Source: Pecten maximus
Lineage: Eukaryota
DNA: 64,000 nt
Reading direction: 5' to 3'
Assembly (NCBI RefSeq): GCF_902652985.1
Contig: NC_047020.1
Span: 38,068,001-38,132,000 of the forward strand
Below the pieces are notes generated by a model. It saw only the letters and a list, made by a program, of their open reading frames with translations, made no database searches and was not told the DNA's origin. Shown here in pieces: positions 1 through 10,683 of this stretch. Position 1 is the first letter of the stretch. Each line of letters starts with the position of its first letter. Both the position numbers and the translations under genes were made by a program.

Positions 1-3000
1 AGTTGTACTCTGTGAAGTGTGGGAGTGTCACCTTTAGTTGTACCCTGTGAAGTGTGGGAGTGTCACCTTTAGTTGTACACTGTGAAGTGTGGGAGTGTCA
101 CCTTTAGTTGTACCATGTGAAGTGTGGGAGTGTCACCTTTAGTTGTACCCTGTGAAGTGTGGGAGTGTCACCTTTAGTTGTACCCTGTGAAGTGTGGGAG
201 TGTCACCTTTAGTTGTTCCCTGTGAAGTGTGGGAGTGTCACCTTTAGTTGTACCCTGTGAAGTGTGGGAGTGTCACCTTTAGTTGTAATCTGTGGAGTGT
301 GGGAGTGTCACCTTTAGTTGTAATCTGTGGAGTGTGGGAGTGTCACCTTTAGTTGTACCCTGTGAAGTGTGGGAGTGTCACCTTTAGTTGTACCCTGTGA
401 AATGTGGGAGTGTCACCTTTAGTTGTACCCTGTGAAGTCTGGGAGTGAAACCTTCAGTTGTACCCTGTGAAGTGTGGGAGTGTCACCTTTAGTTGTACCC
501 TGTGAAGTGTGGGAATGTCACCTTTAGTTGTACCCAGTGGAGTGTGGGAATGTCACCTTTAGTTGTACTTTGTGAAGTGTGGGAGTGTCACCTTTAGTTG
601 TACCCTGTGAAGTGTGGGAGTGTCACCTTTAGTTGTACCCTGTGAAGTGTGGGAGTGTCACCTTTAGTTGTACCCTGTGAAGTGTGGGAGTGTCACCTTT
701 AGTTGTAACCTGTGAAGTGTGGGAGACTCACCTTTAGTTGTACCCTGTGAAGTGTGGGAGACTCACCTTTAGTTGTACCCTGTGAAGTGTGAGAGTGTCA
801 CCTTTAGTTGTACCCTGTGAAGTGTGGGAATGTCACCTTTAGTTGTACCCAGTGGAGTGTGGGAATGTCACCTTTAGTTGTACTTTGTGAAGTGTGGGAG
901 TGTCACCTTTAGTTGTACCCTGTGAAGTGTGGGAGTGTCACCTTTAGTTGTACCCTGTGAAGTGTGGGAGACTCACCTTTAGTTGTAACCTGTGAAGTGT
1001 GGGAGTGTCACCTTTAGTTGTAACCTGTGAAGTGTGGGAGTGTCACCTTTAGTTGTAACCTGTGAAGTGTGGGAGACTCACCTTTAGTTGTATTCTGTGA
1101 AGTGTGGGAGTGTCACCTTTAGTTGTACTCTGTGAAGTGTGGGAGTGTCACCTTTAGTTGTACTCTGTGAAGTGTGGGAGTGTCACCTTTAGTTGTACTC
1201 TGTGAAGTGTGGGAGTGTCACCTTTAGTTGTACTCTGTGAAGTGTGGGAGTGTCACCTTTAGTTGTACCCTGTGAAGTGTGGGAGACTCACCTTTAGTTG
1301 TAACCTGTGAAGTGTGGGAGTGTCACATTTAGTTGCAACCTGTGAAGTGTGGGAGACTCACCTTTAGTTGTACTCTGTGAAGTGTGGGAGTGTCACCTTT
1401 AGTTGTAACCTGTGAAGTGTGGGAGACTCACCTTTAGTTGTACCCTGTGAAGTGTGGGAGTGTCACCTTTAGTTGTAACCTGTGAAGTGTGGGAGACTCA
1501 CCTTTAGTTGTACTCTGTGAAGTGTGCGAGTGTCACCTTTAGTTGTACCCTGTGAAGTGTGGGAGTGTCACCTTTAGTTGTACCCTGTGAAGTGTGGGAG
1601 ACTCACCTTTAGTTGTACCCTGTGAAGTGTGAGAGTGTCACCTTTAGTTGTACCCTGTGTAGTGTGGGAGAGTCACCTTTAGTTGTACCCTGTGAAGTGT
1701 GGGAGTGTCACCTTTAGTTGTACCCTGTGAAGTGTGGGAGTGTCACCTTTAGTTGTACACTGTGAAGTGTGGGAGTGTCACCTTTAGTTGTACCATGTGA
1801 AGTGTGGGAGTGTCACCTTTAGTTGTACCCTGTGAAGTGTGGGAGTGTCACCTTTAGTTGTTCCCTGTGAAGTGTGGGAGTGTCACCTTTAGTTGTACCC
1901 TGTGAAGTGTGGGAGTGTCACCTTTAGTTGTAATCTGTGGAGTGTGGGAGTGTCACCTTTAGTTGTACCCTGTGAAGTGTGGGAGTGTCACCTTTAGTTG
2001 TACCCTGTGAAATGTGGGAGTGTCACCTTTAGTTGTACCCTGTGAAGTCTGGGAATGTAACCTTCAGTTGTACCCTGTGAAGTGTGGGAGTGTCACCTTT
2101 AGTTGTACCCTGTGAAGTGTGGGAATGTCACCTTTAGTTGTACCCAGTGGAGTGTGGGAATGTCACCTTTAGTTGTACTTTGTGAAGTGTGGGAGTGTCA
2201 CCTTTAGTTGTACCCTGTGAAGTGTGGGAGTGTCACCTTTAGTTGTACCCTGTGAAGTGTGGGAGTGTCACCTTTAGTTGTACCATGTGAAGTGTGGGAG
2301 TGTCACCTTTAGTTGTAACCTGTGAAGTGTGGGAGACTCACCTTTAGTTGTACCCTGTGAAGTGTGGGAGACTCACCTTTAGTTGTACCCTGTGAAGTGT
2401 GAGAGTGTCACCTTTAGTTGTACCCTGTGAAGTGTGGGAATGTCACCTTTAGTTGTACCCAGTGGAGTGTGGGAATGTCACCTTTAGTTGTACTTTGTGA
2501 AGTGTGGGAGTGTCACCTTTAGTTGTACCCTGTGAAGTGTGGGAGTGTCACCTTTAGTTGTACCCTGTGAAGTGTAGGAGTGTCACCTTTAGTTGTACCC
2601 TGTGAAGTGTGGGAGTGTCACCTTTAGTTGTACCCTGTGAAGTGTGGGAGTGTCACCTTTAGTTGTACTCTGTGAAGTGTGGGAGACTCACCTTTAGTTG
2701 TACTCTGTGAAGTGTGGGAGTGTCACCTTTAGTTGTACCCTGTGAAGTGTGGGAGTGTCACCTTTAGTTGTACCCTGTGAAGTGTGGGAGACTCACCTTT
2801 AGTTGTAACCTGTGAAGTGTGGGAGTGTCACCTTTAGTTGTAACCTGTGAAGTGTGGGAGACTCACCTTTAGTTGTACTCTGTGAAGTGTGGGAGTGTCA
2901 CCTTTAGTTGTAACCTGTGAAGTGTGGGAGACTCACCTTTAGTTGTACCCTGTGAAGTGTGAGAGTGTCACCTTTAGTTGTAACCTGTGAAGTGTGGGAG

Positions 3001-4074
3001 TGTCACCTTTAGTTGTACTCTGTGAAGTGTGAGAGTGTCACCTTTAGTTGTACCCTGTGAAGTGTGGTAGTGTCACCTTTAGTTGTACCCTGTGAAGTGT
3101 GGGAGTGTCACCTTTAGTTGTACCCTGTGAAGTGTGGGAGTGTCACCTTTAGTTGTACTCTATGAAGTGTGGGAGTGTCACCTTTAGTTGTACTCTGTGG
3201 AGTGTGGGAGTGTCAATTTAGTTGTACCCTGTGAAGTGTGGGAGTGTCACCTTTATTTGTACCCTGTGAAGTGTTGGAGTGTCACCTTTAGTTGTACTCT
3301 GTGAAGTGTGGGAGTGTCACCCTTAGTTGTACCCTGTGAAGTGTGGGAGTGTCACCTTTAGTTGTACCTTGTGAAGTGTGGGAGTGTCACCTTTAGTTGT
3401 ACTCTGTGAAGTGTGGGAGTGTCACCTTTAGTTGTACCCTGTGAAGTGTGGGAGACTCACCTTTAGTTGTACCCTGTGAAGTGTGGGAGTGTCACCTGTA
3501 GTTGTACCCTGTGAAGTGTGGGAGTGTCACCTTTAGTTGTACCCTGTGAAGTGTGGGAGTGTCACCTTTAGTTGTACTCTGTGAAGTGTGGGAGTGTCAC
3601 CCTTAGTTGTACCCTGTGAAGTGTGGGAGTGTCACCTTTAGTTGTACCTTGTGAAGTGTGGGAGTGTCACCTTTAGTTGTACTCTGTGAAGTGTGGGAGT
3701 GTCACCTTTAGTTGTACCCTGTGAAGTGTGGGAGTGTCACCTTTAGTTGTACCCTGTGAAGTGTGGGAGTGTCACCTGTAGTTGTACCCTGTGAAGTGTG
3801 GGAGTGTCACCTCTAGTTGTACCCTGTGAAGTGTGGGAGTGTCACCTTTAGTTGTACCCTGTGAAGTGTGGGAGTGTCACCTTTAGTTGTACCCTGTGAA
3901 GTGTGGGAGTGTCACCTTTAGTTGTACCCTGTGAAGTGTGGGAGTGTCACCTTTAGTTGTACCCTGTGAAGTGTGGGAGTGTCACCTTTAGTTGTAACCT
4001 GTGAAGTGTGGGAGTGTCACCTTTAGCTGTACCCTGTGAAGTGTGGGAGACTCACCTTTAGTTGTACTCTGTGA
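1..4074. repeat. 35-bp tandem satellite (~116 copies, continues off the left edge); the unit is the exon 3' end plus 5' splice site of the minus-strand gene
   Basis: Unit AGTTGTACCCTGTGAAGTGTGGGAGTGTCACCTTT recurs with period 35. Its reverse complement contains ...CACAGAGTACAACTAAAG|GTGAGTCT, the real exon/intron junction at 4056/4055. Confidence 0.97.
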
Positions 4075-7000
4075 AAGTGACAGGAAGTATTCTGTAGCCT
4101 GACTGATGTCCCCTCTGGCCCACAGAGCATACGGCAGGGCATCATCAAAACAGTAAGACACCACCGTCGGAAACCTTACAAAACACACAACATATTAATT
4201 ATCAACTATAGTAGTATAAGATTAAAATATCTTCAGAGAGATATATTATATTGATTATTAAGTGACACATGACTTCAACAACTTGTGTCATATGATTTTG
4301 ACAAAGCAATGTGACTTTAACAATGTGCCATCACATGACTTTACACAATATTAATTCGTCACACAACTTTAACAATGTGTCACACGTCTTTAACATTGTG
4401 TTACATAACTTCAACAATATGTGTCACATGACTTTTAGCATTATGTGTCACATGACGTTTGGCAATATGTGTCACATGACTTTTAGCAATATGTGTCACA
4501 TAACTATAACAATTATATGTATCCCATTACCTACCTGCTCTTCATGGCAGACTTCAGTCTGGATATCACACTCCTGGTCGCCCTAACAATGCGGTCATCT
4601 TCACTCTCTGACTGGTGTCTATAGGCATCCGCAGATAAAACTGGTGGCAACATCAGCTCCAAAGTGGCAGCAACCACTGTTGACAATGACAACATGGGTA
4701 TATCATCTCTACAGTATTTACTCACATGTAGATACAATGGGTTAGAATAGTTCTGAACATTTCTCTAGGATTCCAATACTCAGGTATTTCCTATCACTAG
4801 ACTGTTTAATGTCCAAAATGCAATGGCCAAGGCCATAATATATTTGATGACAGCTGGTGTCTAGGGATACACCAACAGCCAGGGTTATATATAAGGACGA
4901 TGTGTAGGGGGACACCAACTATCAGGGTTATATATGAGGATGATGTGTAGGGGGATACCAACAGCCAGGGTTATATATGAGGACGATGTCCAGGGGGATA
5001 CCAACAGCCAGGGTTGTTGATGAGGACGATGTCCAGGGGGATACCAACAACCAGGGATATATGATGACTGGTGTCTAGGAGGACACTAACAGCCAGGGAT
5101 ATATATGATGACTAGTGTCTAGGGGGACACCAACGGCCAGGGTTATATATGAGGACGATGTCTAGGGGGACACCAACGGCCAGGGTTATATATGAGGATG
5201 ATGTCTAGGGGGACACCAATAGCCAGTGTTATATATGAGGACGATGTCTAGGGGGACACCAACAGCCAGGGTTATATATGAGGATGATGTCTAGGGGGAC
5301 ACCAACAGACAGGGTTATATATGAGGATGATGTCTAGGGGGACACCAGCAGCCAGGGTTATATATATATATGAGGACAATGTCTAGGGGGACACCAACAG
5401 ACAGGGTTATATATGAGGACGATGTCTAGAGGGACACCAACAGACAGGGTTATATATGAGGATGATGTCTAGGGGGACACCAACAGCCAGGGTTATATAT
5501 ATATATGAGGACAATGTCTAGGGGGACACCAACAGTCAGGGTTATATATGAGGACGATGTCTAGGGAGACACCAACAGACAGGGTTATATATGAGGACGA
5601 TGTCTAGGGGGACACCAACAGCCAGGGTTATATGTGATATGAAGACGATGTCTAGGGGGACACCAACAGCCAGGGTTATATATGCGGATGATGTCTAGGG
5701 GGGACACCAACAGCCAGGGTTATATATGAGGACGATGTCTAGGGGGACACCAACAGTCAAGGTTATATATGAAGACGACGTCTAGGGGGACACCAACAGC
5801 CAGGGTTATATATGAGGATGATGTCTAGGGGGGACACCAACAGACAGGGTTATATATGAGGACGATGTCTAGGGGGACACCAACAGTCAAGGTTATATAT
5901 GAAGACGACGTCTAGGGGGACACCAACAGCCAGGGTTATATATGAGGATGATGTCTAGGGGGGACACCAACAGACAGGGTTATATATGAGGACGATGTCT
6001 AGGGGGACACCAACAGTCAAGGTTATATATGAAGGACGACGTCTAGGGGGACACCAACAGCCAGGGTTATATATGAGGATGATGTCTAGGGGGACACCAA
6101 CAGCCAGGGTTATATATAAGGACGATGTGTAGGGGGATACCAACAGCCAGGGTTATATATAAGGACGATGTGTAGGGGGACACCAACAGCCAGGGTTATA
6201 TATGATAATGAGGATGATGTCCAGGGGGACACCAACAGCCAGGGTTATATATAAGGACGATGTCTAGGGGGACACCAACAACCAGGGTTTTATCTGAGGG
6301 CGATGTCTAAGGGGACACCAACAGCCCGTGTTATATATGAGGACGAAGTTTAGGGAGAACCAACATCAGGGCTATATATAACGACAGGTGTTTAGGGGGA
6401 TACCAAAAGCAAGGGTTATATATGAGGGCGACGTCTAGGGGGACACCAACAACCAGGGTTTTATCTGAGGGCGATGTCCAGGGGGATACCAACAGCCAGG
6501 GTAATATGTTACAACATGTGTCTAGGGGAACACCAACAGCCAGGATTATATATGAAGACGATGTCTAGGGGGACACCAACAGCCAGGATTATATATGAAG
6601 ACGACATCTAGGGGGACACCAACAGCCAGGGTTATATATGAGGATGATGTCTAGGGGGACACCAACAGCCAGGGTTATATATGAAGATGATGTCTAGGGG
6701 GACATCAACAGCCAGGGTTATATACCTAAAACTGAGATGTGTTACTTTAGTCTGTAAAATATCAAGCTGAATATTTTTACTTCTACTGGGTCCTAAAATC
6801 ATGTTTTTAAAAATATTGTATTGTTCTGGTAACTACCAATTGCAAGAAGCAAATCGAAAGTGCATTTTTATACCTTTTTTGAAGACTTATAATTATTAGA
6901 GCTTTCAAGGGGACACCAATCCTGAAGCTGCATATTGGATAAGACAATTTAACCAGCAAAAGTACATACTATGTACCTACCTGCCCAAGTTGTGATGGCT

Positions 7001-7958
7001 TTCCTATGTTCCAACGACTTAGCCTGGTCAATAATGGTAAAAGGCAGTGTGGCCAACACATGACTATCCTTACCATCACTGCCTGTATGGTTCACACTGT
7101 ACATCTGGTTATTAACATTTCTGACCGAGTGTAACAACTCCGGTTTATCGACACTGGTCATACAATTTTTTGTAAATTTCTCCTTCGGTTCAAAACGTGC
7201 CAGTGTGGAATGTAACCAGGACAACTGCACTTTTTGTAAACAGAAATCTTCATCTGGATAGAAAAGTCGTTTAATTTTGTTTGGTAGTTCTGGCATGGAT
7301 TTTAATCTAATTTTATATGATGATTTGATACACAGTTGAACCAGTGAAGGAACATCTTTGGCTATGTCTAAAGTTTGATCAACAGAAGGACGTTCAGAAA
7401 GCATGTGTACAATATCATCTAACTCTCCCTCCATGAAAGGTGGGATTTGATTTTCATACATCATGCAAATATCTTTCGACGTTTTTTCTTTTGTTTTTTA
7501 CTAAGCCTAGGTCTTATATTTGAAGAACTGTTATTTAAACTGGAGTTTTCATCTATAAATACTGATGAGTCTTCATCACTTCCACATTCGGCCCCAGGAG
7601 TACCGACACAAGACACTTCCTGTTGATCATCACAACCCACAGACATGCTGCTATCCTCAGTAAGAGATTCTGAATCAGAAACCAACAATTCTTCCGCTGA
7701 AAAGAATTCTTCATCTGAATCGCTGAAACTCATGGACAGGTTTGACATGTCAGGGTTATTTTTATCACAATCTTCACTGTCATCATCACCCAATTGTTCA
7801 GTTGTCTCCCCTGATTGTTGTTTTGACCTCCTTCTGCGTCGTCTTTGCACAAGTTTTGTTTCATCAGCGTCATTGAACTCCCAAGATATCATACGAGTAT
7901 AGGAAGGTCGCTGACTTCTCTGGGCGATCAGCTCATCAAGTCCCTCTTCCTCATCCAT
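4056..7958 (-). CDS. Uncharacterised protein with acidic N-terminal region and a BC-box/SOCS-box-like motif; 3' part lies outside the window; one-base frame break at ~7465-7500
   Basis: Exons 7958-6977 (acceptor TTTGTAG, exon from 7983), 4708-4535 and 4174-4056 join with GT-AG ends and consistent phases (2,2,1): ...TWAGR-DDIPML...AMKSR-FPTVVSY...STTK. VPSLVQLC...LPNKIKRLF resembles an Elongin BC box plus cullin box. ORFs 7461-7958 and 6949-7464 overlap at ATGA. Confidence 0.7.
4265..4505. repeat. Degenerate ~21-24-bp intronic minisatellite (CAATATGTGTCACATGACTTTTAG)
   Basis: The TGTGTCACATGAC motif is repeated; it explains the repetitive spurious ORF 4311-4586. Confidence 0.8.
4853..6723. 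repeat. 43-bp intronic tandem satellite (~43 copies)
   Basis: Unit GATGTCTAGGGGGACACCAACAGCCAGGGTTATATATGAGGAC, period 43 (e.g. 5157 and 5200). Confidence 0.95.
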
Positions 7959-8150
7959 ATTGTTATTCTTTTATTGTGATATCCTACAAAGTAAAAGTGT
8001 ATTATAAAATTGAATACCAGTGAAACCAAAGTGAATTCTGAATAAACTATTACTTAGTTTGTGTGAAAAGTACGTTTTAGTTTTTTGTCTTTAAAAATTA
8101 TGTCTAGAAGTTCTTTTTGTAATTGTCAGATTCGTTTTACAGCATTTTTC

Positions 8151-8378
8151 GGGTCCCACTAATAATCCTACCGACAAGAGCCGACAAGAAACTAGATTTA
8201 CCGACAAGAGCCGACAAAATATTCCAAAATAAAAAAAATAAACAAATCATACATTTTATTGATAAATAAAAACTATTTTATCTCTCATTTTCTTTCTTGT
8301 CGGTAATTCTAACTTCTTGTCGGCTCTTATCGGTAAATCTAGTTTCTTGTCGGCTCTTGTCGTTAATTAGTGAGACCA
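8151..8378. mobile_element. MITE with long inverted arms and an 8(-9)-bp TSD
   Basis: Ends GGTCCCACTAAT...ATTAGTGAGACC. Internal CCGACAAGAGCCGACAA repeats are mirrored by TTGTCGGCTCTTGTCG. Both flanks read CATTTTTC (8143-8150 and 8379-8386). Confidence 0.8.
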
Positions 8379-9499
8379 CATTTTTCAAATGTTTAGGATC
8401 TCTTTTTGCAATTTTCAAGCAAAAATACATAATAATCATATGAGATGAATTTACCAATCAAATATAATGATAATAATCTGAAATCCAAAAATTCTGATGC
8501 TTTATAAAGGCGACCAATCTAATTAAAATCTAGATGGTCATTCTCACGATGTTAGGGACATGAACCAATGTTTGTTTACTTCACAACACCGGTTATAGAT
8601 TCTACTTCCTGTAAAATTTCTAACATTGCAAACGCACCCGGCTGCAGAAACGTCCATGTGTGATAAGTTTATGACACTTTCTCCTGAGTAGCTCTTGGTA
8701 TTTATACGAATGCCATCTTTCGGTGATGCAACTTTTCTACAACAACAGAAACAGCAGAATCTTTGATTGTACAACTACAATCTCATTCCATATGTTTTTG
8801 CAAGAGTTACTCCCCTTTACACTTCCGGCAGGCACTGCTGAGTTAGCAGTAGAAGAGACTTTGTTCATGAGACTCATTCCCAACAAAGCATCTAGTTTAG
8901 CTGGCCCTTAGGCTACTCCATTCCAGCTAGAGATTTCATCCGGTGGCTTGTTGCTCAAGTCTTGTGGATAAAGTGGAATCTGCCTGTGACTAATACCCAT
9001 TGTAAATACCCCTCAACTGAAAATGAAAATATTTTAAAATTCTTATATGCTTATATATATTCTTATATTCTTACATAAAATAATTAAGGCTCCAGTGATT
9101 ACTTGAGACAAGTCCCAAGGTGCATAAAACTGTACAACACTTACGCCGGCCTACAGCTGGTGGTTCTCCTACCAAAGGAGGGAATTACAGAAGAAGAAGA
9201 TATAGAAATTATATACTTATTTCTGCTTTAAAAATCACCTTGATTGTATCTGTAGGTGCTACTTTCATTATCACAATACACAATAATTTTGTCTTGTCTG
9301 AAAACATCCTTACAAAATTACACCACACTGTTTCCAGCCACGACTTTGGAGTATAGGGTTCTACACAGTTATATACATCTGTATGTAGTTATATTTATAT
9401 CTCTCCCTTCTACAGCTTAGTAAATTCTGACTACGTTAAAGTTAGCGTAAACGCAGTGAAAAGGGGCTAAGCGGTGTAATAAGCGCGGGAATCGGTAAC

Positions 9500-9560
9500 A
9501 TAATCGTGACGTCATCTCTTTGTGGCGTTACCGGAACGTCAACTAGACGGCGCCATTTTC
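9500..9560 (-). promoter_or_regulatory. Probable promoter/first-exon region of the minus-strand SOCS-box gene
   Basis: CpG-rich patch with CRE palindrome TGACGTCA (9507-9514), ETS-like CCGGAA (9531), YY1-like CGCCATTTT (9551-9559) and a minus-strand donor CCG|GTAACG. Confidence 0.5.
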
Positions 9561-9767
9561 AAAGGACTGATCAACGCAATTTTAGCGTTATCTCCTGTTA
9601 CCGATGATCTCTGTACAGAAAACTAGTGCCTAGTGAGTATTTTGTCAAAACTGAACTGAAGACTGCGGAATTGAATGAATATTTAACTTCTCCCGTGACG
9701 AGGAAAGCTAACAACAAATGGCTGAAGCGTTCGTATAGAACATTCGACCACGTCACTAATAAATATG

Positions 9768-10683
9768 CAGTGGCGTAGGAAGCGGGGGGGGGCAAACATA
9801 TCTTTTTGCCCCCCCACTTTTTGACATCCAAAATCTAAAAAAAGGGGATAAAACGCGAATTTATATATTCATTTCGATAAATATCTGTATATTTCCGAAC
9901 CGATAATGTTTTCTTGAAGGCAACGATAAAAACTTTATCTTGTACATCCGGAACATTCCGACTTTTATACTAGTATATCAATCCTCAGACCTGTGCAACA
10001 GCCTGGTAAGTCAATATTTATATCTTTATAAGAAATTTTGCTCAACTTCATCACATAGATTCAATAAGTTGATGATAATTTGTGAAGTTAATTGAGTTCA
10101 TAATGAGAAAAAAGACAGAAACACAACATGAAGAAGAATGCGCGGTTTTAACGTGAATAGAGTGATACTTATTACCGACAGGTACGAGGAAATACAAAAA
10201 AAAAAAATCGGCTCGCGCCTACGGCGCTCGCATGATCACTTAATTACTGGACCCCCCTTTCGAAAACTCCTGGATCCGCGCCTGATCCCGAATTATTGGA
10301 AATGTACTATATTCATTTTCCGCGGAGAGCTTAGACCCCCTTGACCCCATATCAGGGCGCTGCCCTGGACCCGCTGGGCGGCCCCTCGGACCCCGCAAAA
10401 AAAAATCGTCTCGCGCCTACGGCGCTCGCATTATTACTAAATTACTGGACCCCCCGCCCTGGGCGGGCCTGGTGATTCATGTTTTGCTATATTTAATATA
10501 TATATTCTGATTTGCGTAAATAACTTATTTTGTACTACATAAATTATCAAAACTATCATGGGATGTTGAAATGATAATTATTGGCTAATTTTGCGGAGAT
10601 GGCATACGATTTGTTTAGTGTGTAAAATTTAAGGTTAAAAAAAATTTTGCCCCCCCACTTTTTGACGACTTCCTACGCCACTG
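9768..10683. mobile_element. Non-autonomous DNA transposon (CAGTGGCGTAG-type, hAT-like termini) with nested fragments of another MITE
   Basis: 15-bp TIR CAGTGGCGTAGGAAG / CTTCCTACGCCACTG. ATATG on both flanks. Internal duplicated CGCGCCTACGGCGCTCGCAT...ATTACTGGACCCCCC and a CCTGGATCCGCGCCTG terminus. Confidence 0.8.

Noticed and set aside
1-4074. CRISPR-like array (35-bp repeats)
   Set aside because: Repeats are head-to-tail with no unique spacers, there are no cas genes, and the context is a eukaryotic intron. The same applies to the 29-bp array.
4311-6143. ORFs 4311-4586 and 5955-6143
   Set aside because: They are translations of tandem repeats.
7645-7902. Ser-rich plus-strand ORF
   Set aside because: Antisense shadow of the acidic exon.
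8548-9016. Selenoprotein or read-through coding exon
   Set aside because: TAA or TAG stops occur in all three frames, not only TGA.
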